Shown: positions 29,469-40,362 of the stretch, in pieces
Layout of the letters: each line of letters opens with the position of its first letter
Position numbering within the stretch: the first letter of the stretch is position 1
Assembly (NCBI GenBank): GCA_965213925.1
Contig: OZ243927.1
Span: 1,184,001-1,248,000, forward strand
From: Trueperaceae bacterium
Lineage (GTDB): Bacteria; Deinococcota; Deinococci; Deinococcales; Trueperaceae
Direction of reading: 5' to 3'
DNA length: 64,000 nucleotides
Position numbers and translations under genes: made by a program
Notes under the pieces: generated by a model
Seen by the model: only the letters and a program-made list of their open reading frames with translations
Told to the model about the DNA's origin: nothing
Database searches by the model: none

Positions 29469-29916
29469 GTAACCTCCTACCGAAGAGAGCGCCGAGTGGA
29501 GCGTGCCACTCTTGGCGTTCGGGTTATTCGTATAGATTTCAAAGCGACCACTGCGTAAACCCCTTCGGATTCGATGTTTCCCAGCGGAGGTGCCAACGTG
29601 AAGCGCGCCGGAGTCCGTATTCGTTACACTCCGAGTCATTCTTAACGACTACCCGGAAACGGTGTAAGCCGCGATCACTTCTCTAGCGTCTGCTCGCCGG
29701 GAAAACGCAAACTCTATTCCTACAGTTTAAGCCAACTCTCTCGAGGAGAGGTGTGATTTGTAGGAAAGCTCTGTGAGGTAGCGTGATCAGGGCTGCCCCT
29801 CGAGGCGCTCTAAGGTTCGCCCCCGCCCCTGCAAACGCTATGAGCAACACCGCACTTAGCGGATACCTGCTAGTCGGCATCTACTCGGCGCTGTACGGCG
29901 CCCCCGCCTGATCACC

Positions 29917-31668
29917 TCAGGTTTCTCCCCTGACCAGCTTGCCACTCGGTTGCGCTAAAGAGGACGCTTGACTTGCCGGGCTTACCCGCTGCTGCCACGG
30001 CGTTGCCCCGACTATGTCCAACGCTCCCTCAACCGACAGGTGAGCGACTCGCTCCCCGAACGTCTCATACCAGCCCGCTTTGGTCGCTAGGTCGCGCACC
30101 GGACCCTTCATCCCCGCGATGTGAACCGTCACGCCCTGCGCAGCGAGTTCCTTCATCCGCGCCTCTAGCGTGTCAAGCGCCACCGCGTCCACGCCGTTGA
30201 CCGCCGAAAAGTCCAGAATGATGTGCGCCACATCGGGTCGGTCGGTGGCGATATCGTCTAAGAGACCCTCTAAGTACGCCATGTTCGCGAAGTAGAGCGC
30301 CGCGTCCACCCTGAGAATATATACTCCCTGATAAGTCCGCGCTTCGGGGTAGCGGCTGACGTTTCGGAACACATCCTCTTCCGGCAGATAGCCGAGTTCT
30401 GCCGTGTGCGGATAGGCGCTCCGCCAGATGAAGACGAGCAGGCTGAACCCTACACCGGTGAGAAGCCCCGTTTCGACGCCTAAGACGAGCGTGCCGACAA
30501 AGGTGATGAGAAGCGTCCAGCCGTCCACGGGTTTGAGCCGGAAGAGGTGGACGGGTTCTTTGAGGTCGATGAGCCCGAACACTGCCACCATGACGATGGC
30601 GGCGAGCACCGCGTTCGGCAAGTAGGTGAAGAGCGGCGTTAAAAAGAGTAGCGTGAGGATGACGAGCAGCGCAGTGATAACAGAGGCTAGGGGCGTTTTC
30701 GCGCCTGCTTGGTAGTTGACCGCCGTGCGCGAGAACCCACCCGTCACCGGATAGGCGCGGAAGAGCGAGCCGACCACGTTGGCGAGACCCAAGCCGACCA
30801 GCTCGCGGTTGGCGTCCACCTTGTACTTCTCCTTGCTGGCAACCGACTTAGCAACCGCGATGGACTCCATAAAGGACACGAAGGAGATGGTTGTGGCGGT
30901 GGGCAAGAGGGCGCGGAGCGACTCGAGGCTCAGCGCGGGAAGGGCGAAGCCGGGCAGTCCTCTCGGCACCTCTCCCACAGTGCCGACCCCGTACTCGCTG
31001 AGCCCGAAGAGGTACACCGCCAACGTACTCACGACGACGACTAAGAGCGGCGCGGGAAAGCGTTTGGCGTAGCGTTTGAAGAGGAGCAGCGTAAGGATGC
31101 TGAGCGCCCCTACCGCGAGCGTGACGAGGTTCGTCTCCCCGAGGTTGCGCCCCGCTTCCCACAGGGTCGCAAAGACGTTCTCGCTGCGCTCAAGCTGGAT
31201 GCCCAAGAGGTGCCCCAGCTGGCTCAACCCGATGACGAGCGCCGCCGCCGAGGTGAAGCCGCTGATGACGGCGTGGGAGAGGAAGTTCGTGATGAAGCCC
31301 GCCCGAAGGAGCCCGAGTGCGAACTGGATGACGCCGACCATCAGCGCGAGCAGCGCCGCTAAGGTGATGAATTCGGCGCTGCCTGGTTCTGCGAGGAGTG
31401 ACACGCCAGAAAGCGTGAGGAGCGAGACGATGGCGACGGGACCCACCGCGAGTTGTTTTGAGCTGCCGAAGAGCGCGTAGATTACAAGGGGAACGGTTGA
31501 GGCGTAGAGACCCGTTACCGGAGGTAGCCCCGCCAGAAGCGCGTACGCCATTCCCTGCGGCACCAGCATCACCGCGACGATAACCCCCGCCATGAGGTCG
31601 GCGGGCAAGTCACGTTTGTCATAGCGTTTAAGCCACCTCAAGGCGGGGAGGAGAGTCTCGAGCTTCAT
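29917..31668 (-). CDS. SulP/SLC26 anion permease with STAS domain
   Basis: PQGMAYA.LAG, GSSKQLAVGP, GGFSRTAVN, LYFAN, ILDFSAVNGVD. Confidence 0.93.
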   Translation of the reverse strand: MKLETLLPALRWLKRYDKRDLPADLMAGVIVAVMLVPQGMAYALLAGLPPVTGLYASTVPLVIYALFGSSKQLAVGPVAIVSLLTLSGVSLLAEPGSAEFITLAALLALMVGVIQFALGLLRAGFITNFLSHAVISGFTSAAALVIGLSQLGHLLGIQLERSENVFATLWEAGRNLGETNLVTLAVGALSILTLLLFKRYAKRFPAPLLVVVVSTLAVYLFGLSEYGVGTVGEVPRGLPGFALPALSLESLRALLPTATTISFVSFMESIAVAKSVASKEKYKVDANRELVGLGLANVVGSLFRAYPVTGGFSRTAVNYQAGAKTPLASVITALLVILTLLFLTPLFTYLPNAVLAAIVMVAVFGLIDLKEPVHLFRLKPVDGWTLLITFVGTLVLGVETGLLTGVGFSLLVFIWRSAYPHTAELGYLPEEDVFRNVSRYPEARTYQGVYILRVDAALYFANMAYLEGLLDDIATDRPDVAHIILDFSAVNGVDAVALDTLEARMKELAAQGVTVHIAGMKGPVRDLATKAGWYETFGERVAHLSVEGALDIVGATPWQQRVSPASQASSLAQPSGKLVRGET

Positions 31669-31682
31669 TTAGACCTTTTCAC

Positions 31683-33101
<1,419 letters not shown>

Positions 33102-33141
33102 AGGAGTTCCTTTCGAGGAAAGAGGTCTTTTCCTTGCATTC

Positions 33142-33160
33142 TATATCCCCTAGGGGTATA
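33142..33160. promoter_or_regulatory. Putative CsoR/CstR-family operator
   Basis: Near-palindrome TATATCCCCTAGGGGTATA about 40 bp upstream of the MBL-rhodanese start. Confidence 0.65.
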
Positions 33161-33173
33161 AATCAAGTTAAGA

Positions 33174-33418
33174 TAGCAGGCATCATCTGGTCAGCTACAC
33201 TCTCACTAAAAAGAACATCGCCTAGCACGCACTTTCAGGGATGACCTGTTCCCGGTTACACCGTTTTCGCGAATGCGAAAGGGAAACTTCGTAAGCGTCG
33301 CGTGGTTCACGAAGTACTTCCGAAGGAAACCGCTCCCGCTAGCTGCTTTAGCGGGTATATCTGCGGAGAAGTGTTGCTTCGCATGGCTTCGCCCAAGCAA
33401 CGATAAGTGAAACTGCTA
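33174..33418. mobile_element. MITE-like repeat family B copy with nested insertions
   Basis: Ends TAGCAG / CTGCTA; 33212-33373 matches 51154-51315. Confidence 0.8.
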
Positions 33419-33474
33419 AGCTATGCCGAGATGTAATAACGTGAAGGGTAGGGGAGGGTCCGGCAAGCTAACCC

Positions 33475-35589
33475 TTATCCCCCGAGCGGCACCCTCGCGC
33501 TGACGGTAGTGCCTCTGCCGAGCGTGCTCTCGATGCGCAGCGAGCCGCCCAAAAGCTCCAAGCGTTCACGCATTCCGGCGAGCCCGACGTGATCGGTCGT
33601 GGAGAGTTTCGCTAAGTCAAACCCTTTGCCGTCGTCCTCGATGATGAGGTGAACACGCTCGCGCTCTGCGGTGATAATGACTGACGCGTTCTCCGCCTCC
33701 GCGTGGCGCACCACGTTGGTTAGAGACTCCTGCACCACGCGGTAGATGACCACTTCCACGTTGCGCGGGGAGCGCTCGGGCAGCCGCGCCAACACGTCAA
33801 TAGCCACGCCGCTCTGCGCAGCGAGTTCGCGGGCGAAGCGCCCCAAAGCTGCCTCTAAACCAAGTTCGTCCAACAGGGCGGGGCGCAGGTCGCGCGAGAT
33901 GCGGCGCACGTCCTCTAAGGTCTTGCTCGTCAGCTCTCTAAGGTGCCCTAACTTGCCCTCGCCGGGTCTCTCTTCTAACCGTTTGATGTTAAGTAGCATC
34001 GCCGTTAGGGACTGCCCGACTTGGTCGTGCAGGTCCCTCGAGATGCGTCCCCGCTCCTCCTCTTGCGCGGTTAAGAGTGCCTCTAACGCCCGCTGCCGCG
34101 CCGTCACGTCGAGGGCTAAAGCGGCGACGCGCACGGTCTCGCCGAGGTCGTTCTTGAGGAGCGTGTTATACCACTCGCAGGTGATAATGCGCCCGCCTTT
34201 CGTGATGTTGCGATTCGTGCTGCGGTAGCCGCCCGCCTCGAATTGCCCTTGCCAAACCCCGCTGAGTTGCTCCTTGACCTCTTTAGAGACGAGTAAGTCG
34301 GTAGTCTTTTTGCCCACGACCTCATCCGCGCGGTAGCCGAAGATGCGCTCGGCGGCGGGATTCCAGGCGGTCAGCACGAAGCTTTTGACGTCCCACTCGA
34401 TGACCGCTAGGGGCGTGTGCTCGACGTGCAGCGCCACGCGATTCTCGCTCTCGCGCAGCGCCCTTTCTGCCGTCACGCGCTCGGTAATATCCAGAATGAC
34501 GGCTGCGAAAAGGGGTGGCTTTTCGTCCTTGAAGAGCTGCAGATGCACCTCGGTAGGGTAGTGGGTGCCGTCTTTGCGGCGGTGCAAGGTGTTGAATAAG
34601 AGGGCGGCTTGCTCGCCCGTGCGGAGCGGACGAATCAAGTTCTCGAAACGTTCTTTAGAGAATTCCGGCTCGAGGTCAACGGGCGTGAGCGCCCTGAGTT
34701 CGACCATGCTGTAGCCCAAGTTGCGCCGCCCGCCCTCGTTGACGAGCGTGAAGTGGAGCGTCTCGGCGTCGAAGAGGTAGATTTCGTTTAACGAACTCTC
34801 CAAAACGCGCCCCAAGCGTGCCACCTTCGCCTCCGCCCGCTTGTGTTCGCTCACGTCGCGAATCGCCGCTGAGATAAGCGTTCGCCCGTCGGTTTCTAGG
34901 GGTGTGAGGCTAATTTCGACGGGAAACTCCGCGCCGTCCTTGCGCAGCGCGAGCAATTCCAAACCCGTCCCCATCGGGCGGGCGTGGGGATTGGCGAAGT
35001 AGTTCCGGTGATGCCCCTCATGCCTCGTCCGAAAGCGCTCAGGAATCAAGAAGTCCATGCGCTGCCCGATAAGTTCATCCCTTGTATAGCCGAACATCAG
35101 CGCCATCTGCGCGTTGACCATCGCGATAACGCCGCGCTCGTCCACGACCATGAGCGCGTCAATGGGGGCCTCCAAAAGCCGCTTAAACTTCGCCTCCGCC
35201 GCTTTGATTTCGGTCACATCTAAGTGCGTGATGAGCGCCCCGCCCGCCTCGCCCGTCAGCGGCGAGACGCTCATCATGTAGGCGTGGACGCCCGAGGCTA
35301 AGTCCCTTTGGTAGTCGAAGCGAAAGCCAGGCAGTGCGCCGCTAAGGACCGCCCGGACGCCCCGGCGACAGGCGCTCGTTTTCTCGTCACTCAGGTTTTG
35401 CAGGGGTTCGCACACGTCGCTGTAGTGCTGTCCGACGAACCCGTCAGACTGCGCCTGACCTTCGCAAAACTGCCACCACGCCGCGTTGACCACCGTGATG
35501 ACGCCGTCCGCGTTCACGATGACGGTCGGTCCCGCCAGAGCGTCGAGGACGTTCTGCGCGGCGACGGACAGAGATGTAGTCTTTCGCAT
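33475..35589 (-). CDS. Multi-PAS sensor histidine kinase (HisKA_3, NarX/UhpB type)
   Basis: Four PAS-like repeats; EERGRISRDLHDQVGQ; QESLTNVVRH; DDGKGF. Confidence 0.92.
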   Translation of the reverse strand: MRKTTSLSVAAQNVLDALAGPTVIVNADGVITVVNAAWWQFCEGQAQSDGFVGQHYSDVCEPLQNLSDEKTSACRRGVRAVLSGALPGFRFDYQRDLASGVHAYMMSVSPLTGEAGGALITHLDVTEIKAAEAKFKRLLEAPIDALMVVDERGVIAMVNAQMALMFGYTRDELIGQRMDFLIPERFRTRHEGHHRNYFANPHARPMGTGLELLALRKDGAEFPVEISLTPLETDGRTLISAAIRDVSEHKRAEAKVARLGRVLESSLNEIYLFDAETLHFTLVNEGGRRNLGYSMVELRALTPVDLEPEFSKERFENLIRPLRTGEQAALLFNTLHRRKDGTHYPTEVHLQLFKDEKPPLFAAVILDITERVTAERALRESENRVALHVEHTPLAVIEWDVKSFVLTAWNPAAERIFGYRADEVVGKKTTDLLVSKEVKEQLSGVWQGQFEAGGYRSTNRNITKGGRIITCEWYNTLLKNDLGETVRVAALALDVTARQRALEALLTAQEEERGRISRDLHDQVGQSLTAMLLNIKRLEERPGEGKLGHLRELTSKTLEDVRRISRDLRPALLDELGLEAALGRFARELAAQSGVAIDVLARLPERSPRNVEVVIYRVVQESLTNVVRHAEAENASVIITAERERVHLIIEDDGKGFDLAKLSTTDHVGLAGMRERLELLGGSLRIESTLGRGTTVSARVPLGG

Positions 35590-35695
35590 CATAAGGTCAG
35601 ACCCGCTTCGAGCAATTCAAGGTCTCTGGTACGCTTTAGTCTAGCAAATTCTATCTCGGAAGCGATTTGCTAGAAGCCAATAGCCCCTTATATCC

Positions 35696-35945
35696 TTGCA
35701 AAGCGTGGAAATAGAGCAGCTCGGACTTAGAATCTACCCCGAGACCTTAGCGCAGCTTTCCTGGACGGAACCGCGCCGTAAAGAGGTCGGCAGCGAGACG
35801 GGCTGGGAAGCCGACACCGTCCACGCCGACCAGTTTGGCGACCTGGTGACGAACCTGCACCGCTCGCTTTTAGAGCCGGAGGTGTCGCGGTGGCACGTCA
35901 GGCTCGACTACATCGACATCGGTCCCATCCGCCGCACCTTTACCT
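35696..35945 (+). pseudogene. Fragment of a SAM hydroxide adenosyltransferase (DUF62) C-terminal region
   Basis: VHADQFGDLVTNL resembles the family motif (HID.FGN.ITN); no N-terminal domain and no RBS. Confidence 0.55.
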
Positions 35946-36030
35946 CGCCCAGCGAACACACCACAACTTTCGTAACTTTCAGTATTGATTAAAAGTAGTA
36001 AAAGAACTACACTGACTGTAGGAGGTTTTA

Positions 36031-36525
36031 GTGATTTCTGAACTGTCTGAAGAAAAGCAGGTGTACATCGAGGAGTTAGCGATGGTCTTGGAGGGGTTCG
36101 GTATGACCCGCATCGCGGCGCGTGTCTTGAGTGCGCTCTTAGTCGCCGACCCGCCCGAGCAGACCGCCGAGCAACTCGCCGCGACGCTTCAGGCGAGCCG
36201 GGGAGCCATCAGTGGCGGCACGACGATGCTCACGACGATGGGGCTCATTGAACGTCGCCGCCGCCCCGGAGACCGCAAGGACTACTTCCGTAACAAATCC
36301 AACGCTTGGCTCGAGGCGACCAAGCAGCAAGTGACGATGATTTCGCAGCTGCGTAACTTGGCAGAACGAGGTTTGGAGGTTATCGCCAGTGACGATCCTA
36401 AAGTCACCGAGGGCTTGCGCGATATGCGCGACATGCTCCGCTTCTATGAGCGCGAGTTACCCGAGATGCTAGCGCGGTGGCAAGCCAAAGTAGAAGCAGA
36501 AAGAGCGAACGAAAGGAACGGATGA
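36031..36525 (+). CDS. GbsR/MarR-family transcriptional regulator
   Basis: GMTRIAARV, ASRGAIS, PGDRKDYF; AGGAGG RBS. Confidence 0.88.
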   Translation: MISELSEEKQVYIEELAMVLEGFGMTRIAARVLSALLVADPPEQTAEQLAATLQASRGAISGGTTMLTTMGLIERRRRPGDRKDYFRNKSNAWLEATKQQVTMISQLRNLAERGLEVIASDDPKVTEGLRDMRDMLRFYERELPEMLARWQAKVEAERANERNG

Positions 36526-37748
36526 ACACCTCTATCTCCAAACTCGCCTGGCGCAATCTGTGGCGACACAAGCGGCGCACGCAGCTCTTGCTGGCAGTCG
36601 TGGCTTACGCAACCGTCGCCATCATCTTTTTCTGGGGCTTTTACGACGGCTTTGTCAACGTCCTTTTAGGCGGACAAGCCCGCTACTTGAGCGCTCCAGT
36701 CATGGTGCAGAGCGAGGCGTATCGCACCGACCCTGACCCGGAAAACAGCTTGCCGACGTTGGACTTCACGGACGAACTCACGCAGGTTGAAGGCGTGCGC
36801 GGGACCGCGCCGAGGTTAGAGTTTCAAGCCTTGATGCGCTCACCTTACCGGACGCTGGGCTCGCAGGTAAGAGGTATCGACCCCAGCTTAGAGCCGCAAG
36901 TCAGCGACATCCCCGGTGACATCGGTGAGGGGCGTTTTATTGAAAACTCCGGCGAACTGGTGCTGGGTATCGAACTCGCCCAAGACCTCGACGTGCGCGT
37001 TGGAGAACGCTTGGCGCTCGACGTGCAGTCGCTTGCCGGGGCTCAGGGGACGGGTTTGCAAGTCGTTGGCATCATCGACAGCAACATTAATCCGGTGGAT
37101 GAAGGGGTCGTGCTGGTGCATTTAGACGACGCGCGAACGCTTACGGGTGTAGACACCGCAACGGGTGTGGCGCTCGACGTGCAGCAAGGAGGTGAAGAAG
37201 AGGTTGCAGAAGCGGTCAATACCGCGTCGGTCTTACCTCAAAACGTCGGGGCTTATCCTATCTCTGAACTCTTGGGCGGTCTTTTAGCGGCGATTGAAGA
37301 CAAACGCGCCTCGATGATCCCTATTGTCCTGATGATTGCGCTGTTCGCCGCTGTTACGGTCATGAGCACCGTAATCGTGAGCGTGATTGAGCGCACGAGG
37401 GAGTTTGGCGTCATCACCTCTTTAGGGCTCGACCAGGCGCAGCTCGCGCGGATGGTGACGTTGGAAGCGGTTTACACTACCTTTATCGGCTTCGCCTTAG
37501 GCGCGGTTCTCGGGTTTAGTCTGAACGCGCTCATGTCCGCCACCAACCTGATGGGGCCTTTTATCAACACCTTTTACGGCGCGTACCTCTCGGGCTTGGC
37601 GCTCAGCGACACGTTTGTGTTCGCCTCGAGCCTCGCCTACCTCGCCTGGGCCGCCGTGACGATTCTCATCGCCGCCGTTTTAGCGATTACCGTACCCGGC
37701 AGGCGCGTACGCAACCTCAACCCCGCTGAGGCGATGCGGGCGAATTAG
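36522..37748 (+). CDS. ABC transporter permease (FtsX/LolE/MacB-like)
   Basis: LAWRNLWRH, ERTREFG, NPAEAMR. Confidence 0.9.
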   Translation: MNTSISKLAWRNLWRHKRRTQLLLAVVAYATVAIIFFWGFYDGFVNVLLGGQARYLSAPVMVQSEAYRTDPDPENSLPTLDFTDELTQVEGVRGTAPRLEFQALMRSPYRTLGSQVRGIDPSLEPQVSDIPGDIGEGRFIENSGELVLGIELAQDLDVRVGERLALDVQSLAGAQGTGLQVVGIIDSNINPVDEGVVLVHLDDARTLTGVDTATGVALDVQQGGEEEVAEAVNTASVLPQNVGAYPISELLGGLLAAIEDKRASMIPIVLMIALFAAVTVMSTVIVSVIERTREFGVITSLGLDQAQLARMVTLEAVYTTFIGFALGAVLGFSLNALMSATNLMGPFINTFYGAYLSGLALSDTFVFASSLAYLAWAAVTILIAAVLAITVPGRRVRNLNPAEAMRAN

Positions 37749-37804
37749 AGGCAGAAGCAAGAAGCAAGAATCTTCTCTCTTCCTGCTTCTTGCTTCCTAC
37801 TTCT
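37748..37804. repeat. Inverted heptamer array (AGAAGCA)n...(TGCTTCY)n
   Basis: Purine-rich 7-mers followed by their complements in an intergenic spacer. Confidence 0.8.
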
Positions 37805-37825
37805 ACATTCTTAGAAAGGAATGCC

Positions 37826-38563
37826 ATGAAGTTCATCTACCTACTGTTAGCCATTTTTCCTCTCAGCCTTGCCAACGCTCAAGAGGACGCGGCGAGTATC
37901 CTAGACACCATTGTGAACAACCTGCGCGGCGAGTCGCAAGCGGCGACGCTGAACATGCAAGTGATTCGTCCGGACGAAGAGGACACCTACACCATGCGCA
38001 TCTACAGCGAGGGTGAAGAGCAGGGCTTAACCAGAGTGATTGCGCCGCCACGCGACGCCGGACAAGCCTTTTTGAACGACGGCGATAACGTCTTTATCTA
38101 CAACCCACGCCTGCGCCGCGTCTTGAGGCTACCGCCGAGCGGTCAGAGCGATTCGTTTTTGGGTTCGGACATCTCGTATAACGACCTTGCAGGCGACGAC
38201 TTAGAAGAGGACTACCGAGCGAGCGTCTCCGAAGAGACCGACGATAGTGTGACGCTCGAGCTTGTTCCTAATCCGAATGCACCCACCCCCTACGGCAAAG
38301 TCGAGCTGACCGCTATGAAACCCTCGTACGCGCCGACGAATATCACCTACTACGACCAAAGAGGTAACGCGGTGAAAGAAAACATCCTCTCCGACTACGC
38401 CGAGGTGGACGGGCTCAACATTCCGCAGCGTTTTGAGGTGACGGACTTACTCGAGGAAGGCCACCGCACCGTCGTCACCTGGCAGGACGCCGAGTTCGGC
38501 GTGGATATCCCGCAGGGCTGCTTTACGCAAAACGCTTTGGAGCGTGAGGGGGCGTGCGAATGA
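37826..38563 (+). CDS. Outer-membrane lipoprotein-sorting protein (LolA-like)
   Basis: Signal peptide; PPRDAGQAFL, SFLGSDISYNDL. Confidence 0.87.
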   Translation: MKFIYLLLAIFPLSLANAQEDAASILDTIVNNLRGESQAATLNMQVIRPDEEDTYTMRIYSEGEEQGLTRVIAPPRDAGQAFLNDGDNVFIYNPRLRRVLRLPPSGQSDSFLGSDISYNDLAGDDLEEDYRASVSEETDDSVTLELVPNPNAPTPYGKVELTAMKPSYAPTNITYYDQRGNAVKENILSDYAEVDGLNIPQRFEVTDLLEEGHRTVVTWQDAEFGVDIPQGCFTQNALEREGACE

Positions 38564-38567
38564 GGGT

Positions 38568-38645
38568 AGAAGCAGGAAGCAGGAAGCAAAAAGCAAGAAT
38601 GGAAGGGCCTTTCTTCCTGCTCCTCGCTCCTTGCTCCTTGCTTCT
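38568..38645. repeat. Inverted heptamer array (AGGAAGC)n...(TGCTCCT)n
   Basis: Four to five 7-mers per arm with a short spacer. Confidence 0.85.
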
Positions 38646-38684
38646 CGACTCCGCTGACATCGCAAATAGGCGGACAGCCCCACT

Positions 38685-39911
38685 ATGCTAGCCCTCGCTT
38701 GGCGCAACCTCTGGCGGCAGGGGCGGCGCAGCCTCATCTCGCTCGTCGCCGTCGCCATCGTCGTGCTCTTCGCCATCGTTATGTACAGCTTCGGCGGGGC
38801 GATGACGAACGGCATGTACGGAGATTTGACCCAAGAGGTGGGCAACGTGCAGATTCATACCCAGGGCTACCGGGACGCGAGGGGTTTTGGAGACGGGCTC
38901 TTGGAAAACGCGCAAGAGGTCAGAGAGACGGTCTTTCAAGTGTTGCCGGACACTGTTTCTGTCGGCTCCTTACAAGTTCCCGGACTGATTGCGGGGGAGG
39001 ACCGCTCGAGAGGCTTAGCGGTGCAAGGGCAGGACTGGCCCGAGGTTGTGCGTGAAGACTTCGTGGACTACCTAGCAGAAGGCACCTTTGTCGAGGGCGA
39101 TAACATCACCGGCATCATGTTGGGGCGTTCTTTGGCAACAGCGTTAGAGGTCAGCTTAGGCGATGACGTGTACGTCTACGCCCCCGGCACCGAGGGCTAC
39201 GGCGCAGCCGCGTATACCGTCGAAGGTCTGCTGGATTTCGACGACCCCAACCGCGAGATCAACGCGGCGTACCTCTCGCTCATAGCGGCGCAGGAGTTGG
39301 CTGCGCCGGACGCGCTCTCAAGGCTCGAGCTTCACTTCCCCGGCGTCAACACCTTAGCGCAAGACGCGCAGACGGCGGACGACCTAGCCGCGCTCAGAAA
39401 CGCGCTAGGGGACGGTGTGGTTGTAGAAGGTTGGCGAGACATCGACCCCAGCCTCGCCACGCTGGTTCAGTTCTTCGCACCTGTCATCGTGGTGATGTCG
39501 CTGATCTTCTTTGTGCTGGCAGGTCTGCTCGTTCTGAACACGGTTTACCTCAGCACCTTAGAGCGCATCCGCGAGTTTGGCGTCATCATCAGCTTAGGGG
39601 CGAGAGGTCGGCAGGTTATGGGCATGGTCACGTTAGAGAGCTTGCTCTTGTGCCTTTCGGGTGCGGCTGTCGGTCTCGCTATCGGCTTAGGCATTGTGGC
39701 GCTCGGTAGAAACGGTCTCGAACTACCCGGCTACAGCGAAGAGATATTGGCAGAATTTGGCTTGCCCAACGTCTTCTACCTCTCCATAGAGCCCTGGCAA
39801 GTGCTCATCGCCGTAGGTTTCGCCGTGCTCACCGCTATCCTCGCCGCGCTATGGCCCGCGCGCATCGCAGCGAATACTGAACCAGCCGAAGCGATGAGGT
39901 ACACCGCGTGA
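38685..39911 (+). CDS. ABC transporter permease (FtsX/LolE/MacB-like)
   Basis: LAWRNLWRQ, ERIREFG, EPAEAMR. Confidence 0.9.
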   Translation: MLALAWRNLWRQGRRSLISLVAVAIVVLFAIVMYSFGGAMTNGMYGDLTQEVGNVQIHTQGYRDARGFGDGLLENAQEVRETVFQVLPDTVSVGSLQVPGLIAGEDRSRGLAVQGQDWPEVVREDFVDYLAEGTFVEGDNITGIMLGRSLATALEVSLGDDVYVYAPGTEGYGAAAYTVEGLLDFDDPNREINAAYLSLIAAQELAAPDALSRLELHFPGVNTLAQDAQTADDLAALRNALGDGVVVEGWRDIDPSLATLVQFFAPVIVVMSLIFFVLAGLLVLNTVYLSTLERIREFGVIISLGARGRQVMGMVTLESLLLCLSGAAVGLAIGLGIVALGRNGLELPGYSEEILAEFGLPNVFYLSIEPWQVLIAVGFAVLTAILAALWPARIAANTEPAEAMRYTA

Positions 39912-40299
39912 ATCAGGAGCGAGGAGCGGGAAGCAAGGAGCAAGAAGATAGGGCAAAAACGTTTAGAGACCTCGTCGTGTGGCAGAAAGCTCACGCCTTT
40001 ATCCTAGACGTTTACCGCTACAGCGAAACGTTCCCGAAAACCGAGATGTACAGACTGACCTCCCAGTTACGCCGCGCGGCGGTGTCTGTCGCTGCCAACA
40101 TTGCAGAGGGATTCGCCAAAAGGGGTGTCGCTGATAAACTTCGCTTTTACGCTCAAGGTTCCCTCGAGGAGTGCAGCTACTACCTTATACTCGCTCGAGA
40201 TTTGGGATTCGGCGAAACAGCAAACTCAGCGAACAGCTTTTCGAAGTCGGACGGCTCCTCGGCGCATACATGAAAGCCATTCAAAAGCAGCGGACGTAG
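39908..40299 (+). pseudogene. Four-helix-bundle protein (23S rRNA IVP / bAvd-like), frameshifted
   Basis: FRDLVVWQKAH, FPKTE.Y.LTSQLRRAAVSVAANIAEG; expected C-terminus (KLSEQLFEVGRLLGAY...) lies in another frame after about 40222. Confidence 0.85.
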
Positions 40300-40362
40300 C
40301 ATGAGAGATTGACCATTCCCGCTCCTCACTTCTTGCTTCTCACTTCTACGAAAGGAATTACT

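Noticed and set aside
33206..33400. Short ORFs within repeats (also 10364-10586, 43900-44181, 48949-49295, 51134-51340, 63414-63605)
   Set aside because: They fall inside non-coding MITE-like elements; their apparent paralogy is only repeat identity
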